A stretch of DNA of 63,699 bases, filler included, from Octopus bimaculoides (taxonomy: Eukaryota): assembly GCF_001194135.2 (NCBI RefSeq). It is 7 parts of 7 records of this genome, joined end to end, with 100 filler letters (N's around TTAATTAATTAA, not from the genome) between each part and the next. Parts side by side here need not be neighbours in the genome. Positions count along the whole stretch, not along the records: positions 1 to 17,085 come from NC_068981.1; 6 more parts are not named here. One strand, written 5' to 3'. The position numbers and the translations under genes were made by a program. Below, one piece after another: positions 1 through 13,515 of the stretch; position 1 is the stretch's first letter, and each line of letters starts with the position of its first letter. The notes beneath the pieces were generated by a model. That model was not told where the DNA came from and did no database searches. It was given only the letters and a program-made list of their open reading frames with translations.

Positions 1-7
1 TCATACC

Positions 8-47
8 GGCCATGACGAAGGGAAATAGCCCTGAAACTCGAGTCGCC
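8..47 (+). ncRNA. degenerate minimal type-I hammerhead ribozyme
   Basis: ggc-CATGACGA-aggg/aaatag/ccct-GAAA-C-tcga-GTC-gcc. Stem I, stem II and palindromic stem III (ACTCGAGT) are present, but the core has one extra base. Confidence 0.5.
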
Positions 48-516
48 TTTATATATATATATTTATATTTATATATTTATATATTTGATCCTTTATATTG
101 AACACTCAATATTTCATCTACATTCAATACTTTCTTTCATGGTGCCATCCATTTTTATTTTATTTTATTTTATATTGTATATTGTATATCATATTATATA
201 TTGTATATTCCATATTCTATACCCCACATTAGTTCTGCAGGAATATAAATAAAACATAAAAAACAGACAGTGTTGGAACTCTTTTAAGCAAAATTATATA
301 TATATATATATATACGTGTGGGTACGTATGTACGTATGTATGTATAGGTGCGTGTAAGTCATTATTCAGTTTTATTTCACGATTTCTTGCCAATAGAGAA
401 AGATCCAATTTCTAACCTAAATCCAAGGCTCCTTCATTTGAATTTCAACACCATCAACAGAGTAATTTTTTATGTATATATGCATGCATGTATGTATGTA
501 CGTATGTATGTACGTA

Positions 517-1417
517 CGTGGTCTGATCAATAAGTATCAGGACTGTTGCTATAGTAACGAAGTTAAAGCACGCAGAGTGAAGCTGCTTAGTACAGATTGA
601 CCTTGTACTCTGTTGTGCATGCGTACTAAATTTTAACGTTCTAGCTCACTTCCGCTGTTTACAGCAGTGATTTGAAGGAAGGTGTGTAACGTTTGATCGT
701 TGCATTGAACATTACAAAGAAAGTTGAAGAGAGAATCTACATCAAATTTTGCCAAAAAGCTTGGCGATACCTACTCAGAGGCCTACTCAAAGTTTTCAAA
801 AAGTTTTGATCGTTCCCCACTCAAGCAAGGAGACCATGTGCAACTGAAACTTGAGTATCTTTTTGGTCAGCTAAAAGCAGTTTTGGCACAAACTTGGCAG
901 ACACACGTCTCATACACAAATCTTCAGTGATAATGGACTGAACTGAACCGTAACCAATCTGCACATCCTCTGATAACTCACGGATGGTGATTCGACGATT
1001 TTCCCATACAGCTGCACACAAATCTGCGATGTTTTTCTCAGAGGTACCCAGAACGTTGCGGGCTACCCAGAACATTCCTCAATGTCGATATTTTTTCAGC
1101 CATCTTGGAAACGTCTGAACCATCCGTACACCTTGTGTGCAGCTCATACACTCTTCTCCATACACTTTCTACAACTTTGCGTAGGCCTCTGAACAGGTAT
1201 CGCTATGACAACTTTCTCTGTCGTGAGCAATGCGTCGATCACGTGCTACATACCTTCTTTCCATGCATGACTGTAAACAGCGGAAGTGAGCTCGGACATT
1301 AAAACTTAGTGCGCAAGCACAGCTAAGTTCAAGGTCAATCTTTACCAACAGGTTCACTCTGCGTGCTTTAGCTTCGTTACTATGGCAACAGCCCGGATAC
1401 TTGTTGATTTGACCTCT
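517..1417. mobile_element. mariner-derived inverted structure (two 5' ends facing each other)
   Basis: TA-flanked termini cgtggtctgatcaataagtatc and rc agaggtcaaatcaacaagtatc, with ~280-bp diverged inverted arms. The minus copy encodes mariner N-terminus (RRITIRELSEDVQIGYGSVQSIITEDLCMRRVSAKFVPKLL). Confidence 0.8.
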
Positions 1418-1631
1418 TATGTATGTATGTATGTATGTATGTATCCTTCCGATGTGTTTCATTATATAGTGTCCTAGCAACATCATGTCTCATCGGTAGA
1501 TAATACCGTGATTACATTTTCGGACAACTGCTTATGATGTAGGTGATATCTTCGGTGTTAACGCCACGAAGTCTGCATCGGTTGTCACATATTATGTATG
1601 TATGTATGTATGTATGTATGTATGTATGTAT

Positions 1632-2372
1632 TGTTACGGGTTAGACAAAGGAATCAACAAATAAAACAACAAGCCCGTATGATTCAATTATGTTTTGAGA
1701 AAAAATACAACAAAATTAACATCAAAGACAGCGCAAAGCTGTTATAATATATTTTAGTCCAAGGCACAAAGCCGTCACAAAATATTTGAGTTCAAAGCAC
1801 AGAGCTGTTACAAAATTGCTCTGAGTTTTTCAGTTCTTATTGGATGAAAATCCAGCGTTGGAGATCGAAATCATCAATTTCCATGATTTATTCCAAATTT
1901 CCAAAAAGTGAATCGTTAACAAGAGGGAAGTCACTCTTTTTATCTTCTCGTGTTCTTATCGTGTTTAGGTTGGTCATCGGTTTCCTGTGGCTAATGTCTC
2001 TGGTCACTAACTAGCTTATCATAGCTGATCCGTCTCCTTTCACCAACGGCCTTCCCCTCACGGGATTTTAGTTTTTATAATCATCCAGAGCAGCCAGAAA
2101 GAGAGACATATTGGAAATTGAGAACAATAGGAAAGCTGATTCTTTATCTCATTTCAGCTTTTGTAGGCATAGAAGAGATCAAAAGGGTTAATTGGAAAAG
2201 ACATTAATCTATTTGGCAAGGTCATGTGTTCAATGTAACTGGTGGTAACCATTGTTTCTCTGTGAGAAAGCGCCGTTGTAATTTAAAGGGGAATTCTATA
2301 GATTCAGGTTCGAATCCACATGCCTAAACGAAATCCACTATATTACCTCCCAACGAAAACACACTCGTAACA
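1632..2372. mobile_element. possible solo LTR
   Basis: Begins TGTTACG and ends CGTAACA (7-bp inverted termini), 741 bp, non-coding. No target-site duplication found. Confidence 0.35.
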
Positions 2373-3929
2373 CTACGTATTCCACAATCTTTGTATTTCG
2401 TCTACACTGTATAATTTCTGAAGAACCCTCCGATGAAAAAGTTTATCCTGCTTGTTTGTATGTCTGTTGTATACGATTTCATTGTTCGTGACTAATTTCT
2501 TACATGTGTTTATATCTGCGTGTGTACGTGCGTGCGAGCGCGTGCGCGCACATACGCATCTGAATAATTTTTCAGAAAATTTCAGGTAGGATATAGGACT
2601 GTGCCGGAGTGTGATAAATTCATACATTATAAAGAAATGTTCTGAGTTTGAAAGAGGACAATGAATATATTTTAAAATAGGAATAGGGCATGTAAATACA
2701 ATCGAAAGTGAATAATTTGAAACACAGTACAAACCATGAAACGTTAAAAATAAGATTAGTCGCCTGGAGGGTCTGTATTACTAAAATAAAAAGATATGTT
2801 GTGGCGAAGATTTGACATGCAACTAAATGTTAAAAATATTCGGGAGAACATTCAAATGATGATCTTTATCACAATTGGATATTTGACTGAAATCAATAAG
2901 CATAAACACATGCGCTACAAAAATCATGCACATAAATCACACAACGTTTATTCCGCCATACAAAAATGCATAGAATCAAGAAAATCTACATACGATACAC
3001 AAGTGTAATTTAATTGACATAGAATTATAGGTCAGACAGATATTCAAAAAACGCCTGTCATTTAACTTTTGTTAATCTCTGTCAAATTTAATTTTGAAAC
3101 TATATTCATTTCATGCTATTTCCAAAACATTTTGAAATTCATTTATTTTTTAAATTCTTTTACTTGTTGCAGTCATTTAACTGCGGCTATGCTGGAGCAC
3201 CGCCTTTAGTTGAACAGATCGACTCCAGGACTTATTCTTTGTAAGCCTGGTACTTATTCCATCGGTCTCTTTTCTTCTCCGTACATGGGGACCTGTCGAA
3301 GGGATAAGTTCTACAGATCAGGGATTTTATAGGGACACCAGGCCTTTCTAATACTTTAATCCTTATTAAAGTAGTAGATCCGGATTAAAGTAGTAGAAAG
3401 GCCTGGTAACAGACGGCCGCAACAATATCAACAACACAACCAATAACGACAACAGCAACAACGGTAACAATAATGGCGACAACAATAACTACCGCGATTG
3501 CAGCGGCGTGGGCAAACACACAAACACACTGAGAAATAAGAACGGTACAAAAAGTCGGGTTCAAGGGCAGCAGCATCGGCAACGGAGTAAGAGACGGGGC
3601 TGAGGGGAGGGTCATAGGGCTACTAAGAACAATGACACATACACACACAAACATAGATGCATGCGCATATAGGGATATACACCATAGAAGAACAGAATGG
3701 AATAAGCAGAGCAAGAACACATACGAAGACGGAAAGTGTTACAGAAGAGGTCATAGATGTGTGACGAAAGATTTCCAGACAATGAGTTAGAAGAAGAACA
3801 GTAATAAACGATTGAAGAACGAATACATAGTGCGTGTGTTTATTTGGCAAAAATAAAAACAGAAATGACCATCCCGAAATGCAACACTATCTGTTTCAAC
3901 ACACGACTACACATCAGGAATCGTGCAAA

Positions 3930-4070
<141 letters not shown>

Positions 4071-4244
4071 GTGAATAGATAGGGATAATATATCAAGGTG
4101 GGTACCGTTCACGCACCCCAGTATAATCTAAGTTAGGGCAATCCATTGGTATCTAGCTCGCTAATTTTGTAGTTTTCCCTTTCTCGTTATGACGAAAGGA
4201 TGTCATATGATTTGTATATTGTTTCTTAAAATCTCCTTCACATA

Positions 4245-4620
4245 AACCGCAAACAACGGAGATTCAACAGATAGGAAAACATATATCGGTTTATGTGAGG
4301 TAGACTTTAAGAAACGATATACAAATCATATAGCATCCTTTCACCATAACAAGAAAGGGAAAACTACAAAATTAGCGAGCCACATTTGGGCATTAAAAGA
4401 GAAGAATATTCCATATGATATAAGATGGAGGATAATTGAAAAGGCGAAACCATACATGAACGGAACCGGGAAGCGTAAGCTTTGTTTTGCCGAAAAGGAA
4501 CAAATCTTATTAAGATCTGAAATTTCAGACTCAATTTTGAACTCGCAATCCGAAATATTTAGTGGAAGTAGACATATGTACAGATACATATTAAAAAACT
4601 GGAAGATCCCACCACCACCG
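4245..4620 (+). mobile_element. Penelope-like element GIY-YIG endonuclease fragment
   Basis: Translates to KTYIGLCEVDFKKRYTNHIASF...TTKLASHIWALKEKNIPYDIRWRIIEKAKPY, the typical PLE GIY-YIG pattern. Confidence 0.85.
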
Positions 4621-5044
4621 AATTGATCGACTTTCATTTCATGGTTCATTATATTTTTTCTATATTTCTCAAACTTTTCGAAATTTTTCGTTCATTTTAT
4701 AATACATTTTTATCAGTTCATATCTTATAATTTAGTTATACCAACTTTTTTCCATCCTAGCATTTTTTCGTGTAAAGCATCTGTGGTGTGATGGAGGAAA
4801 AAGACAACAAGAAGCAAAAGGACAGAATGNNNNNNNNNNNNNNNNNNNNNNNNNNNNNNNNNNNNNNNNNNNNNNNNNNNNNNNNNNNNNNNNNNNNNNN
4901 NNNNNNNNNNNNNNNNNNNNNNNNNNNNNGTCTTTTGAATTATGAACATATTTACATCATAAGGGTTTATTCGTTGTAAAGCTTTCTTTTTTAGTTAGAA
5001 ATATATTTTGTGGATTGAGTCTTACAGCTGTTTCAGGGAAAATC

Positions 5045-7310
5045 TAAAACACACTTATAACACTAGGGCTAAATCTATGATGTATAAAACAGTTAGCTAC
5101 ACCAAAAATGTAGACAACTGTTCTCCACCTAAATACTTAGATTACAACATACACAGAACCCCACAAAACAGCGCGCCCGCTCTATACTTTGGTATACTCC
5201 CCCATTTTCACTTAACACTAGGAACTTAGCTAAATCTTTCTTTAAAATACTTGATTCTAACTTCCCCCGACAACATAAATACCACTCTATATTCAACAGA
5301 TCCACTTTGAAACTGCCGTATTCAACCACTCCTAACTTTGAATCTATTATAGCAACTTCTAATAAACATAAACTTTCACTCTATTACCAAAACTTACACA
5401 ACCATAACTATGCTAGCACTAACACTCGGCGCATGCATATACCCAAAATAGACATTAATATACGTTCATCTAACACTAACACTCGTGCACTTGAACACAA
5501 CCACAGTAGATCCCAACCCACTAATATACTCAATAAAAATAATACCATTTCCTATAATAATAACAATGGTGGGACAAACAACTACAACAATAATTCCATT
5601 GATGTAGATTCTTCTACATCCTCACATAACATATCCTCCAACAATAATACCTCACCCACCACAGAACACAACCCCCAAGTCTCATCTACTTGTAACTGTC
5701 GCTCTGGGACAATCTGCCCGCTACAAACGCATTGCGTAAGATACAACGTAATATATAAATGCACTGTAAGAAATATATTACATAACTCTACAGCTACATA
5801 CATAGGTGCAACTAAAAACTTCAAACAACGCTATGCAGCCCATTTGCACTCTTTTAGATATGACAAACACAGTAAATCTACAACACTAGCTAACCACATT
5901 CATCACCTCAAAANNNNNNNNNNAACATATCCTCCAACAATAATACCTCACCCACCACAGAACACAACCCCCAAGTCTCATCTACTTGTAACTGTCGCTC
6001 TGGGACAATCTGCCCGCTACAAACGCATTGCGTAAGATACAACGTAATATATAAATGCACTGTAAGAAATATATTACATAACTCTACAGCTACATACATA
6101 GGTGCAACTAAAAACTTCAAACAACGCTATGCAGCCCATTTGCACTCTTTTAGATATGACAAACACAGTAAATCTACAACACTAGCTAACCACATTCATC
6201 ACCTCAAAAGCACAAATACCCAGTATACTTTTAAATGGTCTATCCTAGACTCCAGAATTCCATACCAGGGCCAGCGCTCTAATTGCAAGCTCAGCTTAAA
6301 GGAGGCATTCCATATTTTAAAATACAATTCTCCCACTCTACTTAATCGATATAATGAAGCATTTAGCACCTGCAATCACCGTTTTTTCCATACATTTAAA
6401 TTCTACCAGACACAAATGCACAAATGACCACACAACATAATCACACAACTCCCTATAGGCAACCTATTTGACCTTATACCATCTTTAGAATAAATTTATT
6501 TCTTTTTTGATCTTATCACTACTTAATATATCTTTTCCTAATTTACTTCCCTTACACTTCCTTGCCAATAACACCACCACCGCCCGCAGGCTCCTTGTTG
6601 ATAACCACAATCAACTATAGTAGCATCTGATCCCCCTTCTACCATCCGTAAATTAGGTTTAGCACTATTTTTAGAACATGTTTCTACTAATTCTTTCTCT
6701 CTCTCTTTTTTTACTTTAATACTGTTTTTAGAATGTCACCCACACCCTCACCACTTATAGCCTACCTCTCCTAAAAACCTCCTCGTATTCCTTCTTCCTT
6801 ACTAAACCTTTACCTCTATCCCCTCTTCCTCCTTTACTCTCTCTGTCCAGTCAGATTAACTGACCATAAAACCTGTCACTACCATTCACCACCTGAATTA
6901 CTTCTCTCTCCCCTTTCCTTTCTGTCTTAAGACTTGACCTATTTACCCTACACACATCTCTCACTTGATTTGGGATATCCTTTAAGCAAACCACACGCAG
7001 TATCCTTCGGACTCTATATGACATACATCCACCTTTGCTATATCCGCCTTTGCTACAACAATTATCTCCGGAAAATACCCACAAGGATTATTTGCATGTA
7101 TACTTACTACTGGAATGAAGCTACACTCAAAGTACTGTTTTTTCTTTCTTTTTCAGCGCATCACACTCACTCTCACTTCCTACTATAACTCTCCACTTAT
7201 AGATATAATAATCGATTCCTCTACTATTTCTGTCTCCGATGAAGGGGTGCCTTGGATTTTCCCTGAAACAGCTGTAAGACTCTATCCACAAAATATATTT
7301 CTAACTTTGC
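5045..7310 (+). mobile_element. Penelope-like retroelement, 5'-truncated (RT thumb + GIY-YIG + long 3' pseudo-LTR)
   Basis: ILWYTPPFS...IFNRSTLKLPYSTTPN, CNCR..CPL..C..NVIYKC..YIGATKNFKQRYAAHLHSF..STTLANHI..KWSIL; stop at 6427. The tail ends in a hammerhead motif. Confidence 0.9.
7232..7280 (+). ncRNA. minimal type-I hammerhead ribozyme (Penelope pLTR)
   Basis: gtct-CCGATGA-aggg..ccct-GAAA-C-agct-GTA-agac. Stem I gtct/agac; predicted cut after A7276; U4>C core variant. Confidence 0.75.
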
Positions 7311-10300
7311 CATTGTTCTCTTTATCCTTTTCTCTATTTATACATACACATGCTAATACACGACTTATAATCCCCAATCCTGTTTATACAACGAATGGGG
7401 CATAACTAGCCAGTATACAGCACTTACTCGGTATTACCTGTATCTTTGGGTTTAGTTAAATCCAATACCCTTCTTAACCTTCATATATATATATATATAT
7501 ATATATAGGTGCAGGTGTGGCTGTGTAGTAAGAAGGCTTTGATCAGCCCAAGCCTATATTAGTAAACACTTGTGCAAGGTGTCACACAGTGGGAGTGAAC
7601 CCAAAACCATGTGGGGTGGAAGCAAGCTTCTTACCANNNNNNNNNNNNNNNNNNNNNNNNNNNNNNNNNNNNNNNNNNNNNNNNNNNNNNNNNNNNNNNN
7701 NNNNNNNNNNNNNNNNNNNNNNNNNTATATATATATATATATATATATATATGCAATTTTTAAATTAATGCAAATTAATGCTAACTCTTCAGGTTATAAG
7801 AAATCCATGTTAAAAACAATACCTCAACATAACATTTCAAAAATGTAGAGAGTCAATTTTTAGAAAACCTTAAAATATGGAAGTGAATAAGAATAAAATT
7901 AATTGAAATTATTAAGACAGTTTTCTGTAGAAGAGAAGGGAAATTTAATAAGATATTAAAAAGTAACTAGTAGATAATTTTAGAATAAGAAAAAGTTAAA
8001 TATAATAAAATGAATAGGAAAATCATATATTAATAACCAAGAAAATAAAAGATCGTATAGATAGAGAGAAACATAACAAAATGAAACTTAATAAAAGTTC
8101 TTAGAGACAATGTTTACGACTACAGGGATTGATATCAGCAAAAAAAAAAATAACAACATGAAATTAAAAATTAGAAGTTCAAAGATAGAGGTAAATAGAG
8201 GATAGATTGTAATGAAGAAAAGGAATAATATTATTTAGTATTGTAGATGGGGGTAGAGTGAAGTATGTAGATATGCCCTTACCGTGTATACACAAAAAGA
8301 TATATATATATATGTTGTGGATAGCCTTGTATACATACACGCTATTGTATTTTATTTTATTTTATTTTATTTTATTTTAAATGCAGCGTATGCTTTATTT
8401 TATTGATTTGATTTTAAAGCGTTAATTCGAATATAATTAATTATCTATATGTATTTGGAGCCCATTTTTCTATTTAAGGTTTTCTTCGATATTTTTTAAT
8501 AGGGTGAATCTGTATTAAATTTATTTGGTCTGTGAATTACACATCATTGACCGTTAATTGAAACGACCAATCCATGGCCCTTATTTGAAGCAACCAATCA
8601 GACGAATCCATGTGTTTTAAATTTTAAATTTTATATTACTNNNNNNNNNNNNNNNNNNNNNNNNNNNNNNNNNNNNNNNNNNNNNNNNNNNNNNNNNNNN
8701 NNNNNNNNNNNNNNNNNNNNNNNNNNNNNNNNNNNNNNNNNNNNNNNNNNNNNNNNNNNNNNNNNNNNNNNNNNNNNNNNNNNNNNNNNNNNNNNNNNNN
8801 NNNNNNNNNNNNNNNNNNNNNNNNNNNNNNNNNNNNNNNNNNNNNNNNNNNNNNNNNNNNNNNNNNNNNNNNNNNNNNNNNNNNNNNNNNNNNNNNNNNN
8901 NNNNNNNNNNNNNNNNNNNNNNNNNNNNNNNNNNNNNNNNNNNNNNNNNNNNNNNNNNNNNNNNNNNNNNNNNNNNNNNNNNNNNNNNNNNNNNNNNNNN
9001 NNNNNNNNNNNNNNNNNNNNNNNNNNNNNNNNNNNNNNNNNNNNNNNNNNNNNNNNNNNNNNNNNNNNNNNNNNNNNAGTCCGTTGTCCTCACCACTGGG
9101 CCATTGCACCTTCACACATATGTATGTATACATATAAATTTGACATAGGCGATTTTGTCTTGTCTTGGGATTCGCGGTCAAACGGCTGGGTGGAATTGCA
9201 AGAAAAATTACACAGATGTGTAGAATGATCCGGTGGTGTTGCTGGGCTTTGTATTTTTTTCATAGCTCTCATGGTTACCAAGATAATCTACTATAATAAT
9301 GCACTTGTGTTTATGAATGAGAAAGGAAGGGGTGAGAGATGAATAAGGAAGGAAGGGATGATGTCATACTGTCATAGTGGGATGATGAAAATTGTACACT
9401 GAAAAAATAAATCAAACAGCATTTTAACTCTGTGTGAATATATGTGTGTGTATGTAAAAGGGCGTGTTTGTGTGTGTCTGCATGCGTGCAATGGAAGTGG
9501 GATGGTTCATCCTTGTTCACTTAGTATTTGGGTTTATTTTTTGATTTGGTTGAATTTTGGTTGTTTTTTTTTTTCTTTGTAGGTCAGTTATTTTTAGCGT
9601 TTTGACAGAAAAAAGTCATTCTAAAATTGTTTTTTAATGTAAGTGTGCCCAAACAAGTCGAATGCTTATACAGAACAAGTCTTACAGCCACATCATCCAA
9701 ACCGACCAGGTAAAACTGGGATTAGCTGCTAGTATATTATATACATATACAAATATGTACTCAAATTAACATACATATATAGGTACACATAGTGTTATAA
9801 ACATACATCAGTACATACACACACACGTGCTCAAACACATTCACTCATAAAATCATATATTCTTTTATATGATTCAGCCTTCAGGCTGCGACCATGCTGG
9901 GGTACCGCCATAAATATATACAAACACATATACATATATTATTGAAATCATTTATAGATACATACACTTCAATTAGTATGTCAACACCGAATTGATTTAT
10001 TTTACTCCATGCCATTGGCTGATTTTAGTTGTTTTTCTTAACTCAAATTCAAAGTTTAGCTTAGCTCAAAGTCTAAGACATGACATTTTGAAAAGTTGTA
10101 CACCAAAACATTGGCCAAGAGCCATGCCCTCCTCATTCTGCCTTGCTATCTCCATCCAAGTCAAACCAACTCATTCATCACTCCTCTTTTCATCCTCCAT
10201 ATTGTGTCTGCTCCCATCCCCAGATTCCACATTTACTGCAAAGTCCAATCCTTTCTTTCCAGAAGGAACATTCTGGAATCCCCTCCCTGTTCATATTGTT

Positions 10301-10526
10301 GTTAGTCTGTGACTTGCACTCATTCAAGAAACATCAACCAAAGTACATATCCAAAGAGAAGGAAGTCAGAAGATAAAAAGAATTATAATTAAGTGAACCA
10401 ACAATTTTATAGATTACAGATATAACAGAGCAATTGCAAAAATGTTTCAAAAAATTTCTAACAATTTCCTGTAAAGGTTAAAAATCATCCGTTTGTAAAC
10501 ACATATATATTAGAAGTTTTAAATAC

Positions 10527-10714
10527 TTGCCACTTCTCTTTTGACATTTGTCTTCTTTGACACACCATAAGCACTTTTCATTATGGACAACATTTCGTAA
10601 AGAGGTATTAAACAGAATTGGTCCCTGCCCCTGAATAAGGCAATCTCCACAGGACTGCAGCAAATCACACACACTACCACAATGATGGCTTGGATCATTA
10701 TCCACACAAAGCTT
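10527..10714 (-). CDS. internal exon encoding a PSI (plexin/semaphorin/integrin)-type Cys module, MEGF8/attractin-like
   Basis: cag acceptor, gt donor, 188 nt. KLCVDNDPSHHCGSVCDLLQSCGDCLIQGQG...EKCLWCVKEDKCQKRSG fits the CxxC..CxWC....C PSI pattern. Gene identity not certain. Confidence 0.65.
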
Positions 10715-11689
10715 CTGTTAACAGATATAAAAAAAGGTAAGTCAATATTGCAAAAGATAAGTATAAAAAAAGTAATTATAACCAGCTTTCTTAAGAGGAA
10801 AGAATTAAAAAGAACATGAAATATTTAACTTTTATCTCCACAAAAGAATGCAGACAAGGATATTAGATTGAAGAGTTCAATCAAACATGCAACATAAAAA
10901 CTGTAAAGAAAAATAGGTGAAATGTTATGAACAGTCATTATTGTAACAATGTAAAAGACTTCATTGCATAGAAGCAAATACTTCTTTTTACATCCATTAC
11001 AATATAATTTTTCTATAAATAAAAAAGAAGGGAAAATGTTCCTAAAGCTATTCAGAAATTTAAAAATTAAATTTTGTTTTATTTTTTATAGCATTTCCAC
11101 GGGAATACACATGCACATATATAATTATCAGAGTTCACTTTTCTAAATATGCATTGGTCAGATGGAATTCATTCAACCAAATTTCTCAACAGTAGGATAC
11201 CCTTTTTTCTGTCAAGCCCACCTGATTCCAAACAAGATGTTATTTTCCCAAGGGCAAGTATGTTTCCATGGAAGTTTAGAAGCAAAGGACACCACTTGTA
11301 TAATCGTAATACTCATTTACAACTTTGGTATGATGTCAAAGCAAAGAAACACCATTACGCACAAACACGTGTATGAATATACACACACACCCACACCCAC
11401 ACACACACATGGATGGACGGATGATGGGCTTCTTTCATTTTCTACCTATGACATCATCTCACAAGGGTTTGGTTAGCCTAGGGTTAAAGTACAAGATACT
11501 AGTCTAAGGTGCAAGCGACTTCTACTTATAGTGGAGCTGAACCGAAAATCATTTGGTTAGGAATATATAATATATATTTCATATAGGTAATGTTTATGCC
11601 TGTATAAAATATATATGTAACTAGATGTACCTGTGACCTGTTGGGTCACAACCACTCCAAGTTGAAAATGCCAATGTGCAGCGACAAAG

Positions 11690-12280
11690 GAAAAAATACT
11701 ATTTTGAACTTCATTCAATAAAATTCTTAAATGATACAGTCCTCCTGACTTTGGTGTGACAACATAAACATGACTGAGTGTTTCTTCTTTGAAAATGTTC
11801 AAATGGCCTTCAATTTTTTTTCCTCGCTTTCTTTTTTGCCATTCTTTGTTGCTACTGTTCCAAGTGAAATACATAGGTACTTCAGCATAAAGTAACGTTT
11901 TTGCAAAGTCATCATTGATGCACAATGAAAAGAATTTTGTCAATGCTGTTCACTGACAGCTATAAATATCCTCATCATTTCTGAGCAATATTCTTTGTTC
12001 ATCTGCTAGATGAACTTGCAGTCTCACTATTGCAGGTGCTCTTTCATGGATTCAAAATACTAAAATGGATGCAACTACCCATTGACTAATTTCGTTATTG
12101 TTGTTTATTTGAACAGCAGCTTGGTCATTTCTTTTCAGCTCGTACTCGATGACATACTTACTTGGCCTCACTGAGACAATTATTTCGACATTGCAGCGGC
12201 ATTTGCATGCTCTTAAAAGAGTTTCATTATAAGGTACATCCCATTTGTTGTTGCTTGTGTTTTCTTCCATTGCAACTGAT
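11690..12280 (-). mobile_element. Helitron Rep/helicase fragment (degenerate)
   Basis: NKWDVPYNETLL..NVE..SV...KY; HERAPAIVRLQVHL; TKFFSLCINDDFAKTLLYAEVPMYFTWN..WQKRKRG; LYHLRILLNEV. Contains stops. Confidence 0.9.
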
Positions 12281-12970
12281 CTTAAAGAAATAATCTCTCG
12301 GTCTATTTATCTGCCTTTTGATTCAGATGATAAAGACTAATATTTCACTTTAAATTAAATAGTAATTTTCCCCTTTAAGAAAAAATCAAATACCTGTGAT
12401 CAAAAATTATCCCATAAAAATATAGGGAGAATTTCTATCTTGCAGACCACAGCACTCTGAAAGTTGTATACATGATTAAGGGAAAGAAAAAGAAACAAAG
12501 GAAAAAGGATGGGCAATGGTAGCTGCGTTGACTCTTTGAAGTTCGCCACCACAAATCGATATTTTCAACTTGATTTTTTTTTTTTTTTCTTAAAGGGGGA
12601 AATGATTATTTTATTTGTAATTTTTATCATATTAATCAAAGGGCAGGAAAACAGACAGAGAAACTTTGAGATGTAGAAGATATATTATATAACACAATAC
12701 CAGCAGTGGTACCTAGCACAGCCCAAGAGGGAGCATAGATAAACTCACACACTCACATACATATATACAAACACACACTCAAATATTATACATATATATA
12801 TTTATACACACACACACACATATATATGTACATATATATATACATACATACATACATACATACATACATGCATACATACATACATATATATATANNNNNN
12901 NNNNNNNNNNNNNNNNNNNNNNNNNNNNNNNNNNNNNNNNNNNNNNNNNNNNNNNNNNNNNNNNNNNNNN

Positions 12971-13515
12971 GTATTGGAAACTACAGCGTTGAAGACAAGC
13001 ATCATCCTGGAGGATCTGTAGAGCTCAACGAGGATGCTCTACAAACCCTAGTGGAACAAAATCCCATCATAACTATTGAAGAACTAGAAGCGAGGCTTGG
13101 ATTTGGTCATTCAACCATTCATCGACACCTGTGTGCCATCAGAAAAGTCAGCAAATTGGGTCAATTGGTTCCTCACAAACTTTCCAAATCTAATCGCATG
13201 CAGAGAGTGAATGTGTGCTCTTCTTTGCTCACAAATGAACCTTTTTTGGAATGAATAGTGACTAGTGATAATAAGTGGATTTTGTATAGAAACGTCAAGC
13301 ACCAAAGACAGTGAATAGGGAAAGTAAAAACACTGGCACCCTAGGCTAAAGAAGGTCTTCACCCACACAAGGTGTTGTTATCTGTATGGTGGGATATGAA
13401 AGGTTTAGTCCACTTTAAAATTTTAAACCCAAACCAAACAATAAGAAATGAGATCTACTGCAAGTCAGCACTAGAAGAAAAATGACCATCTTTGGTTTCA
13501 AGACAAAAGGTGTTC
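12971..13515 (+). mobile_element. mariner transposase remnant, cut off by an RTE LINE
   Basis: KLGQLVPHKLS..RMQRVNVCSSLL..FLE*IVTSDNKWILY..KEGLHPHKVLLSVWWDMKG. Ends at ...RQKV just before the expected HDNARPH. Confidence 0.9.

Noticed and set aside
5623-6208. ~290-bp direct duplication inside the Penelope ORF
   Set aside because: The two copies are identical and flank an 11-N gap; most likely an unmerged contig overlap.
11149-11476. Two overlapping plus-strand ORFs
   Set aside because: No recognisable domain; they run into a SINE.
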